The notes beneath the pieces are model-generated. The model saw nothing but the letters and a program-made list of their open reading frames with translations. It was not told where the DNA came from and searched no databases. A program made the position numbers and the translations under genes. From IMG/VR virus record IMGVR_UViG_2740892426_000005: DNA of 38,007 bases; one strand, written 5' to 3'. This DNA comes from a virus (taxonomy: Duplodnaviria > Heunggongvirae > Uroviricota > Caudoviricetes). This document shows positions 1-8,492 of this stretch, one piece after another (positions within the stretch are counted from its first letter, which is position 1; the number at the start of each line of letters is the position of its first letter).

Positions 1-1053
1 TTACGGGGTAATGCCAACCGCTGCCGCCACTTTGTCGCCACTTGGCAGCGTTGCCAGAGGATTGAAACGGAGCGCCGTTTCCAGATGATCCGGTGCCAGA
101 TGTGCGTAACGCATAGTCATTTTTATATCGTGGTGTCCGAGAATTTTTTGTAAGGCCAGAATGTTTCCACCCGACATCATGAAGTGCGCCGCAAACGTAT
201 GGCGCAGAACGTGTGTGAGTTGACCGCGAGGGAGCACGATAGACGTTTTTTCCATCACGGATAAAAATTGAAAATAGCAGTCTGTGAAGAAATTGAACCC
301 ATCAAGCGCCATGATCTCTTCGTAAAGCTCTTTACTGATAGGGATGCTTCTGTTTTTCTTCCCCTTCGTTCTGACAAAGGTAATTCGGTATTTGGTCACC
401 TGTGAGCGGGTAAGATTTACGGCTTCACGCCAGCGTGCGCCTGTGCTTAAGCATATCTTAACTACCAGTGCCAGAATTGGGTCCTGACGTTTGCAATCAG
501 CCAGCAATTCAACAATCTGCTCATGGGTAAGCCATGCCATCTCTTTTTCTGCGATGGTGAATTTTCGCATGTTCTCCAGTGGGTTCGGATACGACCATTC
601 GCCCAGACGGGATAGTTCGCTAAAAACACTACTTAGATAGCTTTGCTCCAGGTTAATGGTGACCGGGCTTGCTCCTTTCTTCCATTTCTCGCTGAAGTAG
701 ATCTCGCCTGTCAGGCGTTTATCTCGATAGTGGGCAAACATTTTAGAGGTGAGATCGGTTGCAAGAGGATTGCCCAGAGCGTCAACCATCAACAGCAATT
801 TGTCATAGACATGCTGCCCAGCTGTCAGAGATTTACCATGTAGTTTGAACCATAGCTCAACCACGTCTTTCAGTGTTCGACGATCCACTGATTCACCCAG
901 CCAGGGCTTTGCTTCGGTTTCTTCCATCGTGTGGCGCTCAAAAGCCAGTGCTTCGCCTTTGGTGGCGAATTGTTTACGCACACGACGCCCACTTCGTCCG
1001 GCGGGGTAACATTCGCAAAGCCATTTCCCAGTGGTGAGTTTTCGTACTGCCAT
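1..1053 (-). CDS. int: P2/186-type tyrosine integrase (350 aa)
   Basis: C-terminal catalytic region with HxxR and terminal Tyr context (LRHTFAAH...MTMRYAHL). Start placed at ATG 1053 (MAVRKLTTGKW) preceded by GGAGG about 9 nt upstream; the ORF-track extension to 1209 looks non-coding. Stop codon is at window nt 1-3. Confidence 0.85.
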   Translation of the reverse strand: MAVRKLTTGKWLCECYPAGRSGRRVRKQFATKGEALAFERHTMEETEAKPWLGESVDRRTLKDVVELWFKLHGKSLTAGQHVYDKLLLMVDALGNPLATDLTSKMFAHYRDKRLTGEIYFSEKWKKGASPVTINLEQSYLSSVFSELSRLGEWSYPNPLENMRKFTIAEKEMAWLTHEQIVELLADCKRQDPILALVVKICLSTGARWREAVNLTRSQVTKYRITFVRTKGKKNRSIPISKELYEEIMALDGFNFFTDCYFQFLSVMEKTSIVLPRGQLTHVLRHTFAAHFMMSGGNILALQKILGHHDIKMTMRYAHLAPDHLETALRFNPLATLPSGDKVAAAVGITP

Positions 1054-1241
1054 AAAAAATGCCCTCCAGTAGAGAGCATTTTTACTGTATGTATAACCAG
1101 TGTCAATGTATGAAATCCTACGACCATACATCTCACTGAAGCCATAATGAAGTTGGCTATTCTTTTTGCTATGTGAGCATGTAACTTTTGCGGTTAACCT
1201 GCGGCTCATTTTTATTTTAGACGCAGATATAAAAGCAAAAG

Positions 1242-1433
1242 TTATCGTGAGTTTTTAGTACAGATTTTTTTGGATTTACTAATAGTTCCATCATTGCAAA
1301 CAAATTTTCCATCGGAGGTACAGTGAGAGACACCTCCCTTTTTCCCAGAACAAGGATAATTTTTAGCATAGGTAGTTAGTGGGCTTAATAACAAAGAGCA
1401 TGATAAAACCACAAAAAATACTTTACCAAGCAT
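1242..1433 (-). CDS. small secreted cysteine-containing peptide (63-aa precursor, predicted signal peptide)
   Basis: Strong RBS GGGAGG 5 nt upstream of ATG; hydrophobic N-terminus [23 protein letters not shown] then a Lys/Ser-rich part with 4 Cys; AT-rich by eye; lies between cI and int on the same strand. Confidence 0.5.
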   Translation of the reverse strand: MLGKVFFVVLSCSLLLSPLTTYAKNYPCSGKKGGVSHCTSDGKFVCNDGTISKSKKICTKNSR

Positions 1434-1448
1434 AGTTTCCTCCCGGTA

Positions 1449-2018
1449 TTATCTAACATATTTAACTGTTAAACTTATAATTTTACCAATTATTTCAATG
1501 TCTTCTATCTTACATTCGAAGGCTCTGTTTCCACCCTCGACGAAGATTCTTCCACCGGGTAAACGAGTAATGTCACGGATCGTTACTTCGCCATCAATAC
1601 TTATTACCCATTTACCATCACGTATGTCATCAAATTCTTTATCACAAATAAATTCAGAATTGTTATCTGTGATGACAAAAGGTTTTTTAAACGTAGAGGG
1701 TAGAAATCCCTTATCAAAAATATAAAAACCGTCTTCACGCAAGGCACCATCAGATAATACATATTTAGCAACTTCCATAGTATTTGTATTACCTGAAGTT
1801 TGCTTTGAACCATGTCCGGTTGTGAGCCAATTAAGCGAGGTGCCCGTTTCAAGGGCGCACTGGATTACCCATTCTGCTGGGAATGAGTCACGCATGTAGC
1901 GTGTGGCGAGTGTACTTTTAGAGATTCCTAAATGATCGCACAACGCCTGTCGAGTCTTGAATCCATAAGCTTCTACCATGCGCTCTATGGCGCCTCGTCC
2001 GCCTTTCTCCAAATTCAT
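1449..2018 (-). CDS. cI: CI-type immunity repressor (189 aa), phage 186 CI-like
   Basis: N-terminal HTH (RQALCDHLGISKSTLATRYMR), length close to 186 CI, position next to int and divergent from apl/cII. Start at ATG 2018 (RBS GGAG) rather than the GTG at 2024. Confidence 0.7.
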   Translation of the reverse strand: MNLEKGGRGAIERMVEAYGFKTRQALCDHLGISKSTLATRYMRDSFPAEWVIQCALETGTSLNWLTTGHGSKQTSGNTNTMEVAKYVLSDGALREDGFYIFDKGFLPSTFKKPFVITDNNSEFICDKEFDDIRDGKWVISIDGEVTIRDITRLPGGRIFVEGGNRAFECKIEDIEIIGKIISLTVKYVR

Positions 2019-2042
2019 GGTCACTCCGAGTGAACTTTTATC

Positions 2043-2071
2043 TTGACGATTTCACTGTGCGATCGTATGTT
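2043..2071 (+). promoter_or_regulatory. candidate rightward early promoter pR (-35 TTGACG, 17-nt spacer, -10 TATGTT)
   Basis: Sigma70-like hexamers read directly in the cI-apl intergenic region; the direct repeat CGATC(C)GTAT at about 2060 and 2092 may be operator half-sites. The convergent pL was not convincingly located. Confidence 0.4.
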
Positions 2072-2143
2072 TATGGTGTTCACAAAATACAAACGATCCG
2101 TATTCGTCCTGATTAATCATCATTAAACGAGGAATGTTGCATC

Positions 2144-2365
2144 ATGAGACCTAACATTTCAATCACTCTTACCACGCCTCATGTGACTATTGAACGCTAT
2201 AGCGAGCTGACAGGGCTATCCATCGATACCATCAATGACATGTTGGCTGATGGACGCCTTATCCGTCACCGTCTGCGCAAAGATAAAAAACGCGAAAAAG
2301 TGATGATCAACATAGCAGCAATGACCGTTGATGCGCTTTCAGAATGCAATCTAAACCTTAATTAG
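2144..2365 (+). CDS. apl: Apl/Cox-like small DNA-binding excision and switch protein (73 aa)
   Basis: First gene of the rightward operon opposite cI, small basic protein with HTH-like segment; assignment by position and size. Confidence 0.5.
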   Translation: MRPNISITLTTPHVTIERYSELTGLSIDTINDMLADGRLIRHRLRKDKKREKVMINIAAMTVDALSECNLNLN

Positions 2366-2397
2366 TTCGATTCTGAAATACATCAGAGGCATTGACC

Positions 2398-2907
2398 ATG
2401 TTTGATTACCAAGTTTCCAAACATCCACATTTTGATGAAGCCTGTCGTGCATTTGCACTGCGCCACAATCTGGTGCAACTGGCAGAACGTGCAGGCATGA
2501 ATGTGCAGATTCTGCGGAACAAGCTGAACCCAGCTCAGCCTCATTTATTAACCGCACCAGAAATCTGGCTGCTTACCGATCTGACTGAAGATTCAACGCT
2601 GGTAGATGGTTTTCTGGCACAGATTCATTGTCTGCCATGTGTACCGATTAATGAGGTGGCAAAAGAGAAACTGCCACATTACGTCATGAGTGCAACCGCA
2701 GAGATCGGGCGTGTTGCTGCAGGTGCGGTGTCTGGCGATGTAAAAACCTGTGCCGGTCGTCGTGATGCTATCAGCAGCATTAACTCTGTAACACGACTGA
2801 TGGCGCTGGCTGCTGTTTCATTGCAGGCCCGTTTACAGGCTAATCCTGCGATGGCGAGTGCAGTTGATACCGTGACTGGCCTCGGTGCTTCATTCGGTTT
2901 GCTGTGA
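2398..2907 (+). CDS. cII: CII-like establishment activator (169 aa)
   Basis: Length from ATG 2398 equals 186 CII (169 aa); follows apl; RBS AGAGG. The ORF-track start at 2392 is a TTG. Confidence 0.6.
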   Translation: MFDYQVSKHPHFDEACRAFALRHNLVQLAERAGMNVQILRNKLNPAQPHLLTAPEIWLLTDLTEDSTLVDGFLAQIHCLPCVPINEVAKEKLPHYVMSATAEIGRVAAGAVSGDVKTCAGRRDAISSINSVTRLMALAAVSLQARLQANPAMASAVDTVTGLGASFGLL

Positions 2908-2914
2908 GGTGCTT

Positions 2915-3106
2915 ATGCTGACGAAAGAACCATCATTTGCATCGCTGCTGGTAAAACAAAGCCCGGCAATGCACTACGGTCACGGCTGGATCACGGGTGA
3001 GGATGGAAAACGCTGGCATCCATGTCATTCACAAGATGAATTGCTGTCTGAATTGACCACGAGGAAACGGAGAAAGTCCAAATGTATGCGGCAGAAAGTG
3101 AAGTAG
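2915..3106 (+). CDS. hypothetical early protein (63 aa)
   Basis: ATG with GAGGTG RBS; ORF in the early operon. Confidence 0.4.
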   Translation: MLTKEPSFASLLVKQSPAMHYGHGWITGEDGKRWHPCHSQDELLSELTTRKRRKSKCMRQKVK

Positions 3107-3306
3107 TTTATCAGTTTCGTTACAGAGGGGAGAGTTATTCAGTACCTGAAGATGATTTGCTCTGTTGCTATCCGTCATTGTCGGGAGATGGCAGTTACTT
3201 TTTCACGTTAAAGGATGGGACGTTTTTACGGGGAGAGCAGGTTAAAGAGACGATACGAAAAAATGTATCTCCTCTTGAGCGTTACCGTAAGAACAAAGAA
3301 CGATAG
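3082..3306 (+). CDS. hypothetical early protein (74 aa)
   Basis: ORF with upstream GGAG; early operon context. Confidence 0.4.
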   Translation: MYAAESEVVYQFRYRGESYSVPEDDLLCCYPSLSGDGSYFFTLKDGTFLRGEQVKETIRKNVSPLERYRKNKER

Positions 3307-3328
3307 CTGCGTTTGGGGAATATGAAGT

Positions 3329-3670
3329 ATGGCAATTAATGGCGCTGCAGCAACTGTTCCATTAAGCCCCGGTGAACGCCTGAATGGACTTAATCACATT
3401 GCGGAGTTAAGGGCGAAAGTTTTTGGCCTGAATATTGAGTCAGAGCTTGAGCGGTTTATTAAAGATATGCGTGATCCACGGGATATCAATAATGAACAAA
3501 ATAAACGGGCACTGGCTGCCATATTCTTTATGGCAAAAATTCCAGCTGAACGTCATAGCATCAGCATTAATGAGCTGACCACTGACGAAAAGCGGGAGCT
3601 GATTAAAGCAATGAATCATTTTCGTGCAGTGGTGAGCTTATTTCCCAGACGGCTAACCATGCCGAATTAA
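3329..3670 (+). CDS. hypothetical early protein (113 aa)
   Basis: ORF in early operon; no family recognised. Confidence 0.45.
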   Translation: MAINGAAATVPLSPGERLNGLNHIAELRAKVFGLNIESELERFIKDMRDPRDINNEQNKRALAAIFFMAKIPAERHSISINELTTDEKRELIKAMNHFRAVVSLFPRRLTMPN

Positions 3671-3737
3671 CCAACTAATGAAATTAATGGCGTAAACCCG
3701 CCGGGCATCCCTTTATCTAAATTCAGGAGAATTGATT

Positions 3738-3971
3738 ATGCGTAATATTGAAACCCTCTCGACCAAAACCGGACCGGATGACGCAGGGCTTAATATTTTA
3801 CTGACAGAGGCTCGTCTGGAAGAACGCCGGGCAAGAGCAGAGGCAATGGCTGCCCGCCTTGATAGCCTTGCGTGCCATATCACATCCCGCCAGCTAAACC
3901 ACGTCGAAGCGGCAGAACTGCTGCGCGTGACTGCTGAAGCAATCCAGAACGAAGCGCAGGAGATCCACTAA
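3738..3971 (+). CDS. hypothetical early protein (77 aa)
   Basis: ATG 3738 with AGGAGA RBS 7 nt upstream; the ORF-track start at 3732 is a TTG. Confidence 0.45.
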   Translation: MRNIETLSTKTGPDDAGLNILLTEARLEERRARAEAMAARLDSLACHITSRQLNHVEAAELLRVTAEAIQNEAQEIH

Positions 3972-4198
3972 TGGCTGATGCAATGGATCTCGTACAGCAG
4001 CGCGTTGAAGAAGAACGCCAGCGTCATATCCGTGCTGCCCGTGCCAAAACGCCGGGCGTGTCCCGCGTGCTTTGCATTGAGTGTGAAGCGCCAATTCCGC
4101 CAGCACGCCGCCGTGCCATTCCAGGTGTGCAGCTTTGCATTACCTGTCAGGAAATCGCAGAGCTGAAAGGCAAACATTACAACGGAGGTGCTGTATGA
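3971..4198 (+). CDS. TraR/DksA-family C4 zinc-finger protein (75 aa)
   Basis: CxxC-N17-CxxC (CIECEAPIPPARRRAIPGVQLCITCQ); the same position as the small zinc-finger ORF upstream of gene A in P2. Confidence 0.7.
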   Translation: MADAMDLVQQRVEEERQRHIRAARAKTPGVSRVLCIECEAPIPPARRRAIPGVQLCITCQEIAELKGKHYNGGAV

Positions 4199-5052
4199 GC
4201 ACCATCCTGAAATGGGCGGGAAATAAAACCGCCATTATGTCCGAACTGAAAAAGCATCTTCCTGCTGGCCCGCGACTGGTTGAACCTTTCGCGGGTTCCT
4301 GTGCAGTGATGATGGAGACGGAGTACCCCAGCTATCTTGTTGCGGATATTAATCCTGATTTAATCAACCTCTATAAAAAGGTTGCTGCTGATTGTGAATC
4401 GTTTATATCTCGCGCCAGAGTTTTATTTGAGATCGCAAACAGGGAGGTGGCTTATTACAACATAAGGCAGGAGTTTAATTACTCAACTGAAATTACTGAT
4501 TTCATGAAAGCGGTATATTTCCTGTATCTCAATCGTCACGGTTACCGTGGTTTATGTCGCTATAACAAGAGCGGGCATTTCAACATTCCCTACGGCAATT
4601 ATAAAAATCCGTATTTCCCTGAAAAAGAAATTCGCGCATTTGCAGAAAAAGCCCAGCGAGCAACGTTTATCTGCGCCAGCTTTGATGAAACGCTGGCGAT
4701 GTTGAAGGCGGGGGATGTGGTGTATTGCGATCCACCGTATGACGGTACGTTTTCCGGCTATCACACTGATGGTTTCACTGAAGATGACCAGTATCACCTA
4801 GCATCCGTTCTTGAACATCGGTCATCAGAAGGACATCCGGTCATTGTTTCTAACAGTGACACATCCCTGATCCGTTCGCTGTATCGCAATTTTACTCACC
4901 ACTATATCAAGGTAAAACGCAGCATCGGTGTGGCAGCTGGCGAGGGTAAATCAGCAACAGAAATCATTGCTGTTTCCGGGCCGCGCTGCTGGGTGGGATT
5001 TGATTATTCGCGTGGCGTGGATAGTTCTGCCGTGTACGGAGTACGTGCATGA
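4195..5052 (+). CDS. dam: Dam-family N6-adenine DNA methyltransferase (285 aa)
   Basis: N-terminal LKWAGNK and FAGSCAV AdoMet motif, catalytic DPPY; start ATG 4195 with GGAGGTG RBS, overlapping the TraR-like stop; stop overlaps gene A start (ATGA). Confidence 0.85.
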   Translation: MSTILKWAGNKTAIMSELKKHLPAGPRLVEPFAGSCAVMMETEYPSYLVADINPDLINLYKKVAADCESFISRARVLFEIANREVAYYNIRQEFNYSTEITDFMKAVYFLYLNRHGYRGLCRYNKSGHFNIPYGNYKNPYFPEKEIRAFAEKAQRATFICASFDETLAMLKAGDVVYCDPPYDGTFSGYHTDGFTEDDQYHLASVLEHRSSEGHPVIVSNSDTSLIRSLYRNFTHHYIKVKRSIGVAAGEGKSATEIIAVSGPRCWVGFDYSRGVDSSAVYGVRA

Positions 5053-7463
5053 GCCATGCCGATATGAACAACTGCTGCGGCTTTAACGAGGCTGCCGCAG
5101 CGTTCTCATGGAACAGCCCGAAAAAGGCCATTAACCCTTATCTGGACCCGGCGGAAGTTGCGCCGGTTTCTGCGCTTTCAAACCTGATCACTCTGTACGC
5201 TGCCGATAACGAGCAGGAACAGTTGCGCCGCGAGGCACTGAGTGATCAGGTCTGGGAGCGTTATTTTTTTAATGAATCACGTGATCCTGTCCAGCACGAA
5301 ATGGAGCAGGATAAGCTCATTAGCCGGGCAAAGCTGGCGCATGAGCAGCAGCGTTTTAATCCGGATATGGTCATTCTGGCGGACGTCAACGCCCAGCCTT
5401 CCCATATCAGCAAGCCGCTGATGCAACGTATTGAATACTTCAGCAGCCTGGGCAGGCCAAAGGCTTATTCCCGCTATTTACGTGAGACGATTAAGCCATG
5501 TCTGGAACGACTGGAGCATGTACGCGACAGCCAGCTATCTGCATCTTTTCGTTTTATGGCAAGCCATGTAGGGCTGGACGGCCTGCTGATTCTGCCTGAA
5601 ATGAGTCAGGATCAGGTGAAACGCCTGTCTACCCTTGTCGCTGCGCATATGAGCATGTGCCTTGATGCAGCTTGTGGTGATTTGTATGCCACCGATGACG
5701 TTAAGCCAGAAGAAATCCGCAAGACATGGGAAAAGGTGGCAGCGGAAACCCTGCGTCTGGATGTCATCCCGCCTGCGTTTGAGCAACTCCGTCGGAAAAG
5801 AAACCGCCGTAAACCCGTGCCCTATGAACTCATTCCGGGTTCGCTGGCGCGTATGTTGTGCGCCGACTGGTGGTACCGGAAATTATGGAAAATGCGTTGC
5901 GAATGGCGGGAAGAGCAGTTGCGTGCTGTCTGCCTAGTCAGCAAAAAAGCATCTCCCTATGTCAGCTATGAAGCCGTGATGCATAAACGTGAGCAGCGCC
6001 GCAAGTCACTGGAGTTTTTCCGTTCTCATGAACTGGTGAACGAAGAGGGCGACACGCTGGATATGGAAGACGTGGTAAACGCCAGCAGCAGCAACCCGGC
6101 GCACCGCCGCAATGAGATGATGGCCTGTGTTAAAGGTCTGGAGCTTATCGCGGAAATGCGCGGTGACTGCGCCGTTTTCTACACCATTACCTGTCCGTCA
6201 CGTTTCCATTCCACGCTCAATAACGGCAGACCAAACCCAACCTGGACAAATGCGACGGTAAGACAAAGCAGCGATTATCTGGTCGGCATGTTTGCTGCAT
6301 TTCGTAAGGCGATGCACAAAGCCGGGTTGCGCTGGTATGGCGTGCGGGTGGCTGAGCCGCATCATGACGGTACAGTTCACTGGCACCTGTTGTGTTTTAT
6401 GCGCAAAAAAGACCGCCGCGCCATTACTGCATTGTTGCGTAAGTTTGCCATCCGTGAAGACCGCGAGGAACTGGGTAATAACACTGGTCCACGCTTTAAA
6501 TCTGAGCTGATAAACCCGCGCAAAGGAACGCCGACAAGCTACATCGCGAAATACATCAGTAAGAACATTGACGGGCGTGGTCTGGCTGGCGAGATCAGCA
6601 AGGAAACGGGTAAATCCCTGCGTGATAACGCTGAATACGTTAATGCCTGGGCGTCTCTGCATCGTGTTCAGCAATTCCGCTTCTTTGGTATTCCAGGGCG
6701 TCAGGCTTACCGTGAACTGCGGTTGTTGGCTGGTCAGGCGGCAAGGCAGCAGGGTGACAAAAAAGCAGGTGCGCCGGTACTGGATAACCCGCGCCTTGAT
6801 GCCATCCTGGCTGCTGCTGATGCTGGCTGTTTTGCCACCTACATTATGAGGCAGGGCGGCGTGCTGGTTCCTCGCAAATATCACTTGATCAGAACCGCTT
6901 ATGAAATCAATGAAGAGCCGACCGCCTATGGCGATCACGGTATTCGTATTTATGGCATCTGGTCACCCATTGCAGAAGGCAAGATCTGCACTCATGCAGT
7001 GAAGTGGAAAATGGTTCGTAAAGCCGTTGACGTTCAGGAGGCGGCAGCCGACCAGGGCGCTTGCGCCCCTTGGACTCGTGGCAATAACTGTCCCCTTGCT
7101 GAAAATTTGAACCAACAGGAGAAAGATAAATCAGCTGATGGGGACACCAGAACGGACATTACCCGCATGGATGACAAGGAGTTGCACGATTACTTGCACA
7201 GTATGAGCAAAAAAGAGCGCCGGGAACTGGCTGCAAGGTTACGCCTGGTTAAACCGAAACGGCGTAAAGACTACAAACAGCGAATTACAGACCATCAGCG
7301 ACTGCAGCTCGTCTATGAGCTGAAGTCCAGAGGATTTGATGGTAGCGAGAAAGAGGTCGATTTACTCCTTCGCGGCGGCAGTATTCCGTCAGGAGCAGGC
7401 CTGCGTATCTTCTATCGGAACCAGCGTTTGCAGGAAGATGATAAGTGGCGGAACCTGTATTAA
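5049..7463 (+). CDS. A: replication initiation protein A, rolling-circle nickase (804 aa)
   Basis: P2 gpA-like size and position; HUH-type motif region [10 protein letters not shown]; translationally coupled to dam. Confidence 0.9.
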   Translation: MSHADMNNCCGFNEAAAAFSWNSPKKAINPYLDPAEVAPVSALSNLITLYAADNEQEQLRREALSDQVWERYFFNESRDPVQHEMEQDKLISRAKLAHEQQRFNPDMVILADVNAQPSHISKPLMQRIEYFSSLGRPKAYSRYLRETIKPCLERLEHVRDSQLSASFRFMASHVGLDGLLILPEMSQDQVKRLSTLVAAHMSMCLDAACGDLYATDDVKPEEIRKTWEKVAAETLRLDVIPPAFEQLRRKRNRRKPVPYELIPGSLARMLCADWWYRKLWKMRCEWREEQLRAVCLVSKKASPYVSYEAVMHKREQRRKSLEFFRSHELVNEEGDTLDMEDVVNASSSNPAHRRNEMMACVKGLELIAEMRGDCAVFYTITCPSRFHSTLNNGRPNPTWTNATVRQSSDYLVGMFAAFRKAMHKAGLRWYGVRVAEPHHDGTVHWHLLCFMRKKDRRAITALLRKFAIREDREELGNNTGPRFKSELINPRKGTPTSYIAKYISKNIDGRGLAGEISKETGKSLRDNAEYVNAWASLHRVQQFRFFGIPGRQAYRELRLLAGQAARQQGDKKAGAPVLDNPRLDAILAAADAGCFATYIMRQGGVLVPRKYHLIRTAYEINEEPTAYGDHGIRIYGIWSPIAEGKICTHAVKWKMVRKAVDVQEAAADQGACAPWTRGNNCPLAENLNQQEKDKSADGDTRTDITRMDDKELHDYLHSMSKKERRELAARLRLVKPKRRKDYKQRITDHQRLQLVYELKSRGFDGSEKEVDLLLRGGSIPSGAGLRIFYRNQRLQEDDKWRNLY

Positions 7464-7532
7464 TTACGCGGGTTAACAATTCGTGCTCTTAATAATACCA
7501 GGCATATCAGGCTGATGAACGTAAAAAAACGT

Positions 7533-7561
7533 TTTACATCAGTAATATTATTATATACTGT
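7533..7561 (+). promoter_or_regulatory. candidate SOS promoter (-35 TTTACA, -10 TACTGT) overlapped by the LexA box
   Basis: Hexamers read directly; the -10 overlaps the CTGT half of the LexA box. Confidence 0.45.
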
Positions 7562-7575
7562 AAATATAAACAGTG
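7556..7575 (+). promoter_or_regulatory. LexA operator (SOS box) TACTGTAAATATAAACAGTG
   Basis: Perfect CTGT-N8-ACAG with AT-rich spacer, about 40 nt upstream of the ORF at 7616. Confidence 0.7.
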
Positions 7576-7615
7576 GTTATGTATACAGTATTGATTTGGT
7601 GTCATAGGAGGAAAG

Positions 7616-7804
7616 ATGCAGGACTATTTTTTGGAGTCTTTGAAGCTCCAGCGCATTGATTTTTTTCTTAAGCTTGTAGCGGCTAGTGAGTGTAGTGATG
7701 AAGAGAAGGGGCTGGCTCTGCAGTGGGTTTCTGAACTGACAGATGAACTCATGGCAAAAATCAGAACCCACGAATACAACCGCTCAATGGATGTCATCAG
7801 CTGA
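7616..7804 (+). CDS. small SOS-controlled protein (62 aa), possible Tum-like antirepressor module
   Basis: AGGAGG RBS 5 nt upstream of ATG; directly downstream of the LexA box; 186 places its LexA-controlled tum operon at this position. Function is inferred by position only. Confidence 0.45.
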   Translation: MQDYFLESLKLQRIDFFLKLVAASECSDEEKGLALQWVSELTDELMAKIRTHEYNRSMDVIS

Positions 7805-7814
7805 GGTGACTTTT

Positions 7815-8048
7815 ATGCGCATTGAAATAATGATCGATAAAGAGCAGAAGATTAGCCAGTCTACACTGGACGCCCTTGAATCCGAGCTTTACCGCAATCT
7901 GCGCCCCCTGTATCCCAAAACGGTAATCCGTATCCGTAAAGGTAGCTCTAACGGTGTGGAACTGACCGGACTGCAACCGGACGAAGAAAGAAAACAAGTG
8001 ATGAAAATTATGCAGAAGGTGTGGGAAGACGACAGCTGGCTGCATTAA
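7815..8048 (+). CDS. dinI: DinI-family protein (77 aa)
   Basis: MRIEIMIDKEQ... start and ...MQKVWEDDSWLH C-terminus resemble DinI (MRIEV... and acidic W-containing C-terminus); GAGGTGA RBS overlapping the upstream stop. Confidence 0.7.
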   Translation: MRIEIMIDKEQKISQSTLDALESELYRNLRPLYPKTVIRIRKGSSNGVELTGLQPDEERKQVMKIMQKVWEDDSWLH

Positions 8049-8492
8049 GAAATGTTGCCCCCAGGAGGATTCATTCTAATGGGGGCTAGTTTGGGCAACG
8101 AGTGAAACGAGGCGTAAGGTGGGTAATCATTTTGATAAGTGATCGCCCACTTTGTGCCAAAAGCGGACATCGCAGATATGACAATATGTTAGTCAACCGC
8201 GATTAGATCAGTCAGTTGGAGATGGGGGGAAGTTACAAAAACTTGTCGTCCGCCATCTCCGACTACGGGTATTCTTAACTGTACATGCTCTTTCAATCGA
8301 TGATTTTTGAGTAAGTGACTAACCTATTGTTTTGATAGTAATTAAACGTATAAACGTGCGGAGTTAATTTGAAAGTTATGTGTCTATGTTTGACAAGCAA
8401 AATTTTAAAGATTGGTTTTATCCACAGGTAATTTATGCTATTAATAGCCTCAAGCCCTGTAATTATTTTTATTTAAATGGATAAATTTGAAA

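Noticed and set aside
1054-1209. N-terminal extension of the integrase ORF (ORF track start at 1209)
   Set aside because: Junk-like sequence with no RBS; ATG at 1053 has GGAGG upstream and gives a P2-Int-like N-terminus (MAVRKL...).
6198-6938. 246-aa ORF antisense inside replication gene A (and several other antisense ORFs inside A)
   Set aside because: Fully embedded in a well-supported long CDS on the other strand; typical stop-poor antisense frame in GC-richer DNA; no RBS or family.
7743-7814. Longer start for the DinI-like ORF
   Set aside because: Overlaps the upstream 62-aa ORF out of frame; DinI proteins are about 80 aa and ATG 7815 has a GAGGTGA RBS. A frameshifted single Tum-like gene cannot be excluded and is noted in the findings.
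8390-8420. Promoter call for the KAP NTPase gene (TTGACA at about 8391)
   Set aside because: A good -35 but no convincing -10 at 16-18 nt spacing; left as a possibility only.
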